This document shows positions 1 through 9,483 of a stretch of DNA of 64,000 nucleotides, in pieces. Location of the stretch: NCBI GenBank assembly GCA_965247095.1, contig OZ251997.1, positions 960,001-1,024,000 on the forward strand, given 5' to 3'. This stretch comes from Candidatus Multivorans sp. Lineage in GTDB: Bacteria > Acidobacteriota > Thermoanaerobaculia > Multivoradales > Multivoraceae. The position numbers and the translations under genes are program-made. The notes under the pieces were generated by a model, which was not told where the DNA came from, did no database searches, and saw nothing but the letters and a program-made list of their open reading frames with translations. Each line of letters starts with the position of its first letter. Positions within the stretch are counted from its first letter, which is position 1.

Positions 1-6
1 TACCAG

Positions 7-3000
7 TTGCGGGTGGGGCCGGGCAACGTGACCGTGGCGCGTGGATCGGACCAGTTGATCAGCGCGGCCGTCCTGGGCTTCGATCCGGAGCGGGTTGAGG
101 TCGGACTCCGCCCACTGGATGCGAGCGGCAACGCCCAGGGCGACTGGCAGCAGTGGCCCATGAACCGCGTGAACGCCGAGATCGACCTCGACGCCGATCT
201 GATGATCGGCGATGTGCGGGCCAGCCACGACTTCATTGCCCTGAACCTGCGCGCCGACACGGACTACTACGTCGACGCGTCCGGCGTGCGCTCGCCGATC
301 TACCGCATCCGGGTCAAGGATCTGCCCTACGTGGAGCAGATCGACCTGGAGTACAGGTTCCCGGCGTACAGCGGTCTGTCCGACCGGACGGTCGAAGACG
401 GCGGAGACATCGCCGTGCTCGAGGGCACGGAGGTCCTGTTCGGCATCCTGCCGATCTTCGAGGTGCCGGAAGGACGGCTTCTGATCGAGGGCGAGGAGCC
501 GATCGACCTCAGTGCCGGAAGCGAAAGGCTGTCGGCCGCCTACACGATCAGCGGCAATACGTACTACCGCATCGAGTTGATGGACGACGAGGGCCGGTGG
601 CGCCGGGCTTCGGCGGAATACATGATCACCGCGCTCGAGGATCAGCCGCCGATCGTCCGTTTCACCAGTCCCGGCCGGGACATCCAGGTGACGCTGGTCG
701 ATGAAGTGTTCGCCCAGGTGGAGGCCGAGGACGACTACGGTGTGAGTCGTCTGGGCATTCGCTACACGGTGAACGGCGGCGAGGAGACCGCGCTGAACCT
801 TGTGGACAGCCGCTCCGCGATGAAGAAGGTCAGCGCCGGGCATACGTTCTTCCTGGAGGAGATGGATTTGCAAGTAGGGGATTCGATCTCCTACTACGCC
901 GAGGCCTGGGATCGCGGGCGCTCGAAGCCTGTGGTCAGCGACATCTACTTCCTGGAGATCAGGCCCTTCGATCGGAACTACAAGCAGGCCGAGCAGGGCG
1001 GCGGCGGCATGGGTGGCGCCGGCGGTTTCGACAACACGCTGTCGGTGCAGCAGAAGATGATCGTCTCGGCCACCTTCCGGCTGGTCAGGGACGCGGAGGA
1101 GTACAGCCGCCAGGAACTGTCCGAGAACCTGACCACGATCGCCCTGATGCAGGAACGGCTGCGGGAGCAGGTGGGCTCGCTGATCACGCGGATGGGCAAC
1201 CGCGGCCAGCAGTTGCTCGGGGACGAGGAGTTCTCCACGATCATCGAGTTCCTTCAACAGGCGGGCACGGAGATGGCAGCCGCCCAAGGGGAACTCGAGG
1301 CGGAGCGGCCCGACGAGGCGATGCCGGTGGAGAAGCAGGCCCTGGCCTCGCTGCAGCGAGCGGAATCGGCGTTTCGCGAACTGACGGTTTCGTTCCAGCA
1401 GGGCGGCGGCGGTGGCGGCGGCGGAAACCAGCAGCTATCGGAGGACCTCGCCGATCTGTTCGAGCTGGAGCTCGACAAGCTGCGCAACCAGTACGAGACG
1501 GTCCAGCGCGGCGCCGCCGAGCAGGCGCAGGCCGAGATCGACGAATTGATGCAGAAGTTGCGCGAGCTGGCCCGCCGTCAGCAGCGCGAGAACGAACGCC
1601 AGAACCGGCTGCGCGGCCGGCAGCAGCAGGGCGGCGGCGGCGGCGGCGGTCAGCAGCAACTGATCGACGAGACCGAGGAGTTGGCGAGGCGGCTGGAACG
1701 GTTGGCGCGTGAGCAGCAGCGTTCGGAACTCCAGCAGACGACCCAGGCGTTGCGGGAGGCCGTCGAGCAGATGCAGCGCTCACAGGCCGGCTCCTCCGGT
1801 TCGCAGTCGAGTGCCGGGGCGCAGGGGCTCGCGGCCCTGGACAAGCTGCGCGATGCGCGCCGCCTGCTGGCCCGCAACCGCCGCCAGCAGCTCGGCCGGG
1901 ACATGGAGGAACTGCAGCAGCGCGCCGAGCGGGTGTCGCAGATGCAGAGCCGGATCGAGGAGCAGGTCGAAGAGCTGGCGGGTCAGGAGGGCGATGACGG
2001 CCGGCGACGGAGCGGCCTCACGGCGCAGGAACGTTCGGAGTTGATCGAGCGGATCATGGAGCGCAAGGATCGCTTGACCGATGAGGTGGGCGGCCTGGAA
2101 GCCCAGCTCAACCGGATGACGAGGAGCGCCCGCGAGGAGCAGCCGGAGGCGGCGCGCAAGCTGCAGGCGTCGGCGGACGTGATTCGGGACGAGCAGTTGA
2201 AGGAGAAGATCCGCTACTCGAAGGGTGTGCTGGCGGGCCGTGACGCGGAGTTTGCGCGCCTGTTCGAGGGTCAGATCCGCCAGGACATCGACGAGGTGAC
2301 CGAGCGGATTGCCGAAGCACGGGAGAGCGTCGGTGAAGGGGGAAGCGATCGCCAGGACCGGATGCTCGAGCAGACTCGCGATCTGGTCGAGAACCTGTCT
2401 TCTTTCGAGGCCCGTCTACGTGACCGGGCCGAGGCCGGCGCCAGGCTTGGCCAGAGTCCCGGTCAACGAGGCGAACAGGAGGGCGGCGAGCAGCCGGGCG
2501 GCGACCAACAAGACGGCGACCAACAAGGCGGTGAGCAGCAGGGCGGCCAGCAGCAGGGCGGCAGTCAACAGGGCGGTCAGCCGGGAGATGCCTCAGAGAG
2601 CGGCGGCGCGCGCAACCGGGACGGCGGCGCAAGGAACTGGGGTCGTCCCAACCAGTACGGATCGAGCTCGGGCGGCTGGTACCAGCCCGGCATCTTCACC
2701 GCCGAGGACCTGCGCCAGGCTGAACGTGAGTTCGATCAGCGGCAGCAGGACCTCGAGGCCTTGAGAGGCGAGCTCCGACGCGAACGGATGGACACCGCCG
2801 ACCTGGATCAGCTCCTGCGCCAGATGGGCGATCTGAACCTGCTCGGGCTCAACCGGGATCCCCTCGCCCTCGAGTCCCTCCGCCGCGACATCGTCGAAGG
2901 GCTCCGGCAGTTCGAATACCGTCTGTGGCGCGATCTGCGCGGCGCCGACACCGAACGCGTCTACCAGGGCAATTCCGACCAGGTCCCGGCCGGCTACCGC

Positions 3001-3045
3001 GAACTCGTCGACGAGTACTTCCGCAAGCTCGCCAACGAGAGTTAG
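7..3045 (+). CDS. DUF4175-like large coiled-coil protein (5' end outside window)
   Basis: Ig-like beta region with D-x-PP and A-x-DDYG motifs, then long Q/E/R-rich coiled coils and GQ-rich linkers; C-terminal VPAGYRELVDEYFRKL typical of this family; ORF runs from the window edge. Confidence 0.7.
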   Translation: MRVGPGNVTVARGSDQLISAAVLGFDPERVEVGLRPLDASGNAQGDWQQWPMNRVNAEIDLDADLMIGDVRASHDFIALNLRADTDYYVDASGVRSPIYRIRVKDLPYVEQIDLEYRFPAYSGLSDRTVEDGGDIAVLEGTEVLFGILPIFEVPEGRLLIEGEEPIDLSAGSERLSAAYTISGNTYYRIELMDDEGRWRRASAEYMITALEDQPPIVRFTSPGRDIQVTLVDEVFAQVEAEDDYGVSRLGIRYTVNGGEETALNLVDSRSAMKKVSAGHTFFLEEMDLQVGDSISYYAEAWDRGRSKPVVSDIYFLEIRPFDRNYKQAEQGGGGMGGAGGFDNTLSVQQKMIVSATFRLVRDAEEYSRQELSENLTTIALMQERLREQVGSLITRMGNRGQQLLGDEEFSTIIEFLQQAGTEMAAAQGELEAERPDEAMPVEKQALASLQRAESAFRELTVSFQQGGGGGGGGNQQLSEDLADLFELELDKLRNQYETVQRGAAEQAQAEIDELMQKLRELARRQQRENERQNRLRGRQQQGGGGGGGQQQLIDETEELARRLERLAREQQRSELQQTTQALREAVEQMQRSQAGSSGSQSSAGAQGLAALDKLRDARRLLARNRRQQLGRDMEELQQRAERVSQMQSRIEEQVEELAGQEGDDGRRRSGLTAQERSELIERIMERKDRLTDEVGGLEAQLNRMTRSAREEQPEAARKLQASADVIRDEQLKEKIRYSKGVLAGRDAEFARLFEGQIRQDIDEVTERIAEARESVGEGGSDRQDRMLEQTRDLVENLSSFEARLRDRAEAGARLGQSPGQRGEQEGGEQPGGDQQDGDQQGGEQQGGQQQGGSQQGGQPGDASESGGARNRDGGARNWGRPNQYGSSSGGWYQPGIFTAEDLRQAEREFDQRQQDLEALRGELRRERMDTADLDQLLRQMGDLNLLGLNRDPLALESLRRDIVEGLRQFEYRLWRDLRGADTERVYQGNSDQVPAGYRELVDEYFRKLANES
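2470..2585 (+). repeat. In-frame degenerate 15-bp tandem repeat encoding (G/D)G-x-Q-Q pentapeptides
   Basis: Protein GGEQPGGDQQDGDQQGGEQQGGQQQGGSQQGGQPG. Confidence 0.7.
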
Positions 3046-3090
3046 CGCCTGCGCGGGCTGGATGGCGCCTCGCCGCTGGGGGGGCAGACC

Positions 3091-3555
3091 TCAGGGCCGC
3101 TCCTTGAACAGGACGTGAACCGCGAAAGCTCTCCGGTCCCAGATGTCGGTGGTCTCGAAGTTCCTGACCGTGGTTCGTGCGTCCTCGATCCTGTCCAGGA
3201 CATCGGACTTGAAGAACGTCGTAGAAGGGTCGTAGTCGGCATGGCGCCGTTCGCGCTGAAGGTCTGCAAAGAGGTTCGCGAAGCGCCGTATTCGAGCGGG
3301 GAACATCCGCATCGTCCCGGTCCGCCCGCATGCACTCCTGGCCCGGCCATGGTCGAGCGCTCGGTAGGTCAGCTTCCAGGCATGTGTCATGCGGGCGTTC
3401 TTTCCGACCAGTGAGTCCGCGCAGCACCTCGCCAAACAGTGGAACAGCGCGTAGTACGCCGTGCTCACGGCGCGACGCAGATGCGTCTGCAACGGCCGCC
3501 CCGTACCGGCAGGAAGCTGCTGCTCCGCCGAGGCCAGGAGGTCAGATGCCTTCAG
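3091..3555 (-). CDS. HEPN-domain protein (putative toxin); start uncertain
   Basis: RRAVSTAYYALFH N-terminal helix and LQRERRHADYD motif typical of HEPN; frame stays open upstream of the called TTG at 3492 to a CTG at 3555 with GGAG 9 nt upstream. Confidence 0.7.
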   Translation of the reverse strand: MKASDLLASAEQQLPAGTGRPLQTHLRRAVSTAYYALFHCLARCCADSLVGKNARMTHAWKLTYRALDHGRARSACGRTGTMRMFPARIRRFANLFADLQRERRHADYDPSTTFFKSDVLDRIEDARTTVRNFETTDIWDRRAFAVHVLFKERP

Positions 3556-3898
3556 GGCGCCAATCTCCGATGTCCGTCTTTGTAACGAAGTGCGTGCTGG
3601 GAAACACCTTCAGACGCCGGTCCCAGAGCGCGTCCTGAACCCGCGTGCGGAAGGAAAGCCTCGCCCGGGTATGGATCAGATCGGCCGCCTCGGCATCGTA
3701 GACGGCCCAGATGTCTACGACTTCGTCGCCGTACCAGGACCGGTCGGGCCGGACCCAAATGTCGATGAAGCGGACCTGCGGGAAGATCTCCTGGATGAGA
3801 CGGTCGACATCGTCCCTGACGTGGGGCAGTTCTTCCCGGAGACGTCGGCTGATCTCGTCGTAGGTGCTTACGTTCATTGGGGCCGAGTTCTCTTGCAT
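3542..3898 (-). CDS. Putative antitoxin, divergent nucleotidyltransferase(MNT)-like fold
   Basis: 118 aa, directly upstream of and overlapping the HEPN gene; helix-strand pattern with acidic GDEVVDIWAVYD; SD-like AAAGGGG. Confidence 0.5.
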   Translation of the reverse strand: MQENSAPMNVSTYDEISRRLREELPHVRDDVDRLIQEIFPQVRFIDIWVRPDRSWYGDEVVDIWAVYDAEAADLIHTRARLSFRTRVQDALWDRRLKVFPSTHFVTKTDIGDWRPEGI

Positions 3899-4085
3899 GA
3901 TGCACCCCTTTGAGGAGAGGCTAGCCTACTGATCTAGACGGATTCCGCCCTTGCGTTTGCGACGCCTTACCGATGGCACGACCGTGTACGTAAGGCCAGG
4001 GCGGGCGTTCTATGTTCCGCACGCATTCACTTCGCGGCGAAGGACGGTGGAGAGGGTGGCGCTAGTGAGAGGTCGCGTCCGATTC

Positions 4086-4346
4086 CTAGTGCAGCCTGGA
4101 CGCCGCTCTCTTCGTGCAGAGCGGCAGAAGGATCGCGTACGCCACGCCCTGCCATACCGCTGGGAGGCCGAGCGCCAAGCCGGAACTCCGGTCGTAGAGC
4201 ATGCACGTGAGCAGGACCGCCGTCGAGCCGATGAATACGGCGCCCGAGGCGAAGAGCAGGGGCGTTCGGCGAATCGTCCAGACCGGCTCGATCCGGTCCG
4301 CCTTCTGACGGTGTGGCATCTCCAAGTCCTCCGCGCTTCTGCCCAA
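4086..4346 (-). CDS. Small hypothetical membrane protein (two hydrophobic segments)
   Basis: LLFASGAVFIGSTAVLLTCML and LALGLPAVWQGVAYAILLPLC hydrophobic stretches. Confidence 0.35.
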   Translation of the reverse strand: MGRSAEDLEMPHRQKADRIEPVWTIRRTPLLFASGAVFIGSTAVLLTCMLYDRSSGLALGLPAVWQGVAYAILLPLCTKRAASRLH

Positions 4347-4408
4347 GGGATTCGCGACCGTGATTGTAGCGACCGTGAGTGCCCGAACGCGAAGGCTAGG
4401 ATTCCGGC

Positions 4409-4640
4409 ATGGTCGAGAAGGACGCGATGGTCGAGGAACTGACTCGAGTCCTGGACAAGGTGGCCGGGAAGTCGAGATTCAGGAGCGGAGGAAGACGCTG
4501 CCGAACTGGCCGCGTCATCAGGGCGTTGCTGGTGGAGTCCGAGTGGGGCGACGAGCACGAGATCTTTGACGACTTCGAGAAGCTGCTGTTGTGCCGTGCG
4601 GACCTCCGACTGATGATCTTGAACCGTGACGTCCAGCCGG
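4409..4640 (+). pseudogene. Remnant of a PD-(D/E)xK-like hypothetical gene
   Basis: Protein-like block LLVESEWGDEHEIFDDFEKLLLCRADLRLMIL flanked by non-protein-like sequence that runs into a hairpin repeat. Confidence 0.4.
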
Positions 4641-4692
4641 CCCGGCCCGGGGAGTGGAGTGAGCGCCGACTCTCCAACCTCCGACCAAGTGC

Positions 4693-4765
4693 GAACCCGG
4701 GTGGCGCGATCCGCACCACCCGTGAACCAGTCCGTGCGCCCGTCAGCGGGCGCACGGATGGCACG
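4693..4765 (-). repeat. 73-bp double-hairpin dispersed element, copy 1
   Basis: Matches the reverse complement of 16842..16914 at 66 of 73 positions (aligned by eye). Confidence 0.85.
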
Positions 4766-4861
4766 GCCCTTGGGACACTCCCCTCCGCTCTCCGGGCCGG
4801 CGGGTGAGCCCCGGCGGCGTGCCGAAGCCTCGTGCAGCGTCGGGACGCTGCGGTCGTTTCC

Positions 4862-6088
4862 TCAGGTCCCCGTCGGGATGTCGTTGTAGGGCACATCGCG
4901 GTCGACGCGAATCTCGCCGGGGAGGCCGAGGACGCGTTCGGCGATGATGTTGCGCAGGATCTCGTCGGTGCCGCCGGCGATGCGGAGGCCGGGGGAGTAG
5001 AGGTAGGACTGCTGGAAGAGGGCGGAGGCAGGCATCAGGGAGGGGTCGGTGATCACACCGCCCATGTCCATCAGGTCGGCGCCGAAGGAGGCCACGTTCT
5101 GCAGCTTCGAGGCGGAGACGAGTTTGCCGATCGAGTTCTCAGGCCCGGGGATCCGGCCCTGGGACAGGGCGGTCAGCGTGCGCGCCTTGGTGTGCTTCAT
5201 GCCCATCGATTCGACGTACCAGTCGGCGATCTTCTCTCGCACGGCGGAGTCGTCGATGGCCGGCCTGCCGTCGAGGAGGCAACCCGCGGCCAGCTTCATC
5301 ACTTCGCGGAAGTCCGGCGGCGGTGCGTCGCCGACGGCCAGGCGTTCGTTCATCAGGGTCGCGATCGTGACCTGCCAGCCCTCGCCGATCGCGCCGAGAC
5401 GCTGGGCGTCGGGCACCCGGACGTTGGTGAAGAAGACCTCGTTGAAGTTCGAGCCGCCGTTGATCTGCTTGATCGGCTTGACGTCGATTCCGGGCGACTT
5501 CATGTCGATGAAGAAGAAGGTCAGGCCCTTGTGCTTGGGCAGGGAGGAGTCGTGGCGGGCGACCAGGATGCCGTAGTCGGAGTAGTGGGCGCCCGAGGTC
5601 CAGGCCTTCTGGCCGTTGACGACCCAGTCGTCGCCGTCGCGGTGGCAGCGGGTCCGTAGCCCGGCGACGTCGGAACCGGCCGCCGGCTCGGAGAACAACT
5701 GGCACCAGACCTCCTGGCCGCGGATCATCGGCGGGATGTAACGCGACTGCTGTTCCTCGGTGGCGTACTTCGCCATGATCGGGCCGCACATGCCGAGCCC
5801 GATACCGAAGAAGCCGGTCGGAACATCGAAATGGGCCTCCTCCTGGTCGTAGATGATCGTTTCGAGCATCGGCCGGCTCTGGCCACCGTGCTCGGTCGGC
5901 CAGTGGCGGCAGGCGTAACCGGCCTCAGCCTTCTTGTTCTGCCACTTCTTGGCGAGGATGAGCCCTTCCTCGGCGTCCAGCCTGCGGCTAACGCTGGGGC
6001 GGTCCTTGCGCGGCGCCGCGTTGGCGCTAAGCCAGGCGCGGACCTCGGCTCGGTAGGCGGCCTGTTCCGGGGTGTCGTTGAAATTCAT
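4862..6088 (-). CDS. Acyl-CoA dehydrogenase (large subunit of heteromeric PimC/FadE29-type pair)
   Basis: WCQLFSEPAAGSD, NGQKAWTS, TLMNER and IAGGTDEILRNIIAERVLGLP; TGATG overlap with upstream ACAD. Confidence 0.92.
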   Translation of the reverse strand: MNFNDTPEQAAYRAEVRAWLSANAAPRKDRPSVSRRLDAEEGLILAKKWQNKKAEAGYACRHWPTEHGGQSRPMLETIIYDQEEAHFDVPTGFFGIGLGMCGPIMAKYATEEQQSRYIPPMIRGQEVWCQLFSEPAAGSDVAGLRTRCHRDGDDWVVNGQKAWTSGAHYSDYGILVARHDSSLPKHKGLTFFFIDMKSPGIDVKPIKQINGGSNFNEVFFTNVRVPDAQRLGAIGEGWQVTIATLMNERLAVGDAPPPDFREVMKLAAGCLLDGRPAIDDSAVREKIADWYVESMGMKHTKARTLTALSQGRIPGPENSIGKLVSASKLQNVASFGADLMDMGGVITDPSLMPASALFQQSYLYSPGLRIAGGTDEILRNIIAERVLGLPGEIRVDRDVPYNDIPTGT

Positions 6089-7215
6089 CAGGCTGCCTGC
6101 CTTTCCAGACCGGAGATCAATCGGTTCTTCCAAACCCGTTCACTGCCGATGCTGAGCGCCAGCAGCTTGGCGCGGCGGTAGTAGAGATGGCAGTCCGACT
6201 CCCAGGTGAAGCCGATGCCGCCGTGGGTCTGGATGTTCTCCTTCGAGGCGAAGTGGAAGGCCTGGATCGCCGCCACTCGCGCCGCCGCCGCCGCCACCGG
6301 CAGTTCGGGGGCGTCGGTCGACAGGGCCCAGGCGCCGTAGTAGCAGTTCGCCCGTGCCAGTTCGTTCTTGATGTACATGTCGGCGAGCTTGTGCTTGATC
6401 GCCTGGAAGGAGCCGATCGGCCGGCCGAAGGCGTAGCGGCCCTTGGCGTAGCCGATCGCCATCTGGAGACAGGCGTCGGCGCCGCCGAGCTGCTCCATGG
6501 CGAAGAGCACCGCGGCGCGGTCGAAGACGCGGTCCTTGAGCGCCCAGCCCTGGCCGGACTCGCCCAGGAGTTCCGCCGCGGCGCCATCGAAGGTGATGCG
6601 GGCGTTGGAGCGTGAGGGATCGAGCGTGTCCACGGACTCGCGGGAGACGCCGTCGCCGGCGAGGTCGACGACGGCGAGGTCGACGACGGCGAGCGAGGCG
6701 CCCGCGCCGTCCCTGGCAACGACGACACAGAAGTCGGCGACGTCGCCGTCGGGCACGGGCATCTTCGTGCCGCTCAGACGGCCGTCCTTGAGCGTGGCTT
6801 GCAGGTTCGCTTCCGTGGCCTGACCCGGTCCCTCGGAGAGCGCGAACGTACCGATCGTCTCGCCGGCGGCCAGCTTGGGAAGCAGTCTCTGCTTCTGGTC
6901 CTCGGAACCCGCCAGGAGAACCGCCTCGGTGGCCAGGTAGACCGAAGACGAGAAGGGAACCGGTGCAATGGCCCGGCCGAGTTCCTCGGCGACGACGCAG
7001 AGCTCGAGGTAGCCGAAGCCGATGCCGCCGTACTCCTCTGGAATCGCGATCCCGGGCGACTCGTTGGCGCAGATCTGCTGCCAGAGATCGCGCGCGAAGG
7101 GCTCGTCCTCGTCCTCCAGCACGCGCCGGGGCACGGTGGTGTCGCAGGCCGCGCGGAGGAAGCCGCGTGTCTGCTGCTTCAATGCCTTCTGGGCATCCGA
7201 GAAATCGAAGTTCAT
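6088..7215 (-). CDS. Acyl-CoA dehydrogenase (small subunit of heteromeric PimD/FadE28-type pair)
   Basis: FGRPIGSFQAIKHKLADM and QTHGGIGFTWESDCHLYYRRAK. Confidence 0.92.
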   Translation of the reverse strand: MNFDFSDAQKALKQQTRGFLRAACDTTVPRRVLEDEDEPFARDLWQQICANESPGIAIPEEYGGIGFGYLELCVVAEELGRAIAPVPFSSSVYLATEAVLLAGSEDQKQRLLPKLAAGETIGTFALSEGPGQATEANLQATLKDGRLSGTKMPVPDGDVADFCVVVARDGAGASLAVVDLAVVDLAGDGVSRESVDTLDPSRSNARITFDGAAAELLGESGQGWALKDRVFDRAAVLFAMEQLGGADACLQMAIGYAKGRYAFGRPIGSFQAIKHKLADMYIKNELARANCYYGAWALSTDAPELPVAAAAARVAAIQAFHFASKENIQTHGGIGFTWESDCHLYYRRAKLLALSIGSERVWKNRLISGLERQAA

Positions 7216-7292
7216 CGCTGCTCCTGAACGTCTGTCTTGGTCTGTTTTGGAACGCGGAGTGTAGCAGCGGCGTCGTGAACTCCGAGCCGTAC

Positions 7293-8045
7293 TCAGACTT
7301 CGTAGGTGCGCCCTTCGACCAGGGCCTCGATCTCCAGATCGTCCCGCGCCAGCATGTCGTCGCCGAGGTGGGTGAGGAGCATCCGCCGGCAGTCGAGCCG
7401 GTGCCTCTGGGCGACGAGTTCAAGGTAGTTCAGGTGGTTCGGGATCGGCCGGTCGTAGGAGTTGCACTCGCAGATGAAGAGGTCCGCGCCCGCGGCGGCA
7501 TCGACGAGGGCCTCGGTCCACTCCGTGTCGCCGGAGAAGGCCAGTACGCGGTTGCCGTACTCGATCCGCAGGGCGTAGCTGGGCGCTCCGGAGGGGTGGA
7601 CGACCTCGAACGGTGTCACCACGAGCCCGTTGACGTCTGCTGAACGCCGCTCGTGGAGTTCGACGACCTCCAGTTCGAAGGCCAGTTCGCGGCCGGTGGA
7701 TGAAGGGTAGAGGGCCTCCTGCGCCTGCCGGAGCCTTGCCGCGAGACCGGGCGGGCCCGCCAGGGTCAGGGGCTCGGTGCGGCGGGCGCGGTAGTGGGCG
7801 TCCGAGAGCAGGAAGGGCAGGCCGCCGAAGTGGTCGCCGTGCAGGTGGGTGATGAGGATGGTGCGGATCGTCGACGGTTCGATGCCGCGGCCCTTCATCG
7901 CGGAGAGCGAGGTCGCTCCGCAGTCGAGCAGGGTCGGGGGCAGGGCGCCGTCACACGTCTCGCCCCGGAGCAGGAAACAGGTGTGCAGCCGGCCGCCGCT
8001 ACTGAACGCGTCGCCGCAGCCGAGAATCTGGAGTTGGAGCGTCAC
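7293..8045 (-). CDS. MBL-fold metallohydrolase (RNase Z/BN-like)
   Basis: LGCGDAF, LLDCG, THLHGDHFGG, SGDT and LTH motifs. Confidence 0.88.
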   Translation of the reverse strand: MTLQLQILGCGDAFSSGGRLHTCFLLRGETCDGALPPTLLDCGATSLSAMKGRGIEPSTIRTILITHLHGDHFGGLPFLLSDAHYRARRTEPLTLAGPPGLAARLRQAQEALYPSSTGRELAFELEVVELHERRSADVNGLVVTPFEVVHPSGAPSYALRIEYGNRVLAFSGDTEWTEALVDAAAGADLFICECNSYDRPIPNHLNYLELVAQRHRLDCRRMLLTHLGDDMLARDDLEIEALVEGRTYEV

Positions 8046-8058
8046 GGACCGCCGGGTT

Positions 8059-9387
8059 TCAGTCCGCCGGCGACTTGTAGACAGTCCCCGCCTTCATCAC
8101 GAAGCGAACATCCTGAAGCTGGGTCACGTCCGCGATCGGGTCGCCCTCAACCGCGATCAGGTCGGCCGCCTTGCCGGCCGCGACCGAGCCGGTCTCGTCC
8201 CAGATCCCGAGCAGCTTTGCGGTGACGACCGTCGCCGACTGGAGCGCCGCCATGGGCGCCATGCCGCCTTCGACCATGAGCAGGAACTCGCGCGCGTTGC
8301 TGCCGTGCGGGCAGACGCCGCAATCCGTGCCGAAGGCGATCGGTACGCCGGCGCGGTGCGCCTTGGCGAACGTGTCCTGGATGACCGGCCCGATCGCCGC
8401 TGCCTTGGGCCGGATGATCTCGGGGAAGTACCCGGGGATCGCCGCCTTCTCGGCGACGAAGTTGCCGGCCAGGATCGTCGGCACGAAGTAGGTCCCGTGC
8501 TCTTTCATCAGCTCGAACGCCTCTTCGTCCATGTAGGTGCCGTGCTCGATCGTCGTCACGCCGGCCCGGATCGCGCGCTTCATGCCCTCGGCGCCGTGGG
8601 CGTGAGCGGCGACCATGAAACCGTAGTCCTTCGCGGTGTCGACGATGGACCGGATCTCCTCCTCGGTGAACTGCGGGTTCCGGCCGCTCTTGGCCAGACT
8701 GAGGACACCGCCGGTGGCGGTGATCTTGATCAGGTCGGCGCCTTCCTTGTAGCGCTGCCGGACCGCCTTGCGGGCGTCTTCGATGCCGTTGACGATGCCC
8801 TGCTTGGGGCCGGGGTCGCCCTGAAGATCGGCGCGCATGCCGTTGGTCCGGTCGGCGTGGCCTCCGGTCGTGGCCAGAGAGGTGGTGGCGGCGAAGATCC
8901 GTGGCCCCGGCATCTCGCCCTGGTTGATCGCGTTACGGACCGCGAGGATCGCGGTCGCCTCGCCGCCCAGATCGCGGACGGTCGTGAAGCCGGCGAGAAG
9001 AGTTCTCTCCGCGTAGATCAGGGTCTGGACGGTCACGTCCGCGGGGTTTGCCTGGAAGCGCTCCAGGTATGAAGCGGCGCCCGCCTGCTGGGACGTCAGG
9101 TGGACGTGCATGTCCATCAGGCCGGGCAGGACAGTGTGCCCGGAGAGGTCGATCAGGGTGTCGCCCTCTTCCGGGGCGGTGAAGCCTTCCTCGACCGTGA
9201 CGATGTTCTCGCCCTCGACCAGGATGGATCGCTTGCCTACGACCGCGCCGGCCGCAACGTCGACGAGGGCGCCGGCGTGGATCACGGTGCGGCCTTCTGC
9301 GGCGAGGCCGCTGGACGGCCCGAGCAGCAGGAGGGCGGCCAAGGAGAGGAAGGTGGCTGCGCGAAGCAGGAAAGGTCGGTTGTTCAT
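8059..9387 (-). CDS. Secreted amidohydrolase-family protein (Xaa-Pro dipeptidase-like)
   Basis: Signal peptide from MNNRPF; [29 protein letters not shown] and FGTDCGV. Confidence 0.88.
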   Translation of the reverse strand: MNNRPFLLRAATFLSLAALLLLGPSSGLAAEGRTVIHAGALVDVAAGAVVGKRSILVEGENIVTVEEGFTAPEEGDTLIDLSGHTVLPGLMDMHVHLTSQQAGAASYLERFQANPADVTVQTLIYAERTLLAGFTTVRDLGGEATAILAVRNAINQGEMPGPRIFAATTSLATTGGHADRTNGMRADLQGDPGPKQGIVNGIEDARKAVRQRYKEGADLIKITATGGVLSLAKSGRNPQFTEEEIRSIVDTAKDYGFMVAAHAHGAEGMKRAIRAGVTTIEHGTYMDEEAFELMKEHGTYFVPTILAGNFVAEKAAIPGYFPEIIRPKAAAIGPVIQDTFAKAHRAGVPIAFGTDCGVCPHGSNAREFLLMVEGGMAPMAALQSATVVTAKLLGIWDETGSVAAGKAADLIAVEGDPIADVTQLQDVRFVMKAGTVYKSPAD

Positions 9388-9483
9388 CGTCGGCAAGCTC
9401 CGGGAGTTGAGTCGTAGCGGGCGCCGGGACTGTAACGCAGGGCCGGTCGGCACGATTGCCGGCGGCACGGCGCCGCTCCGCTT

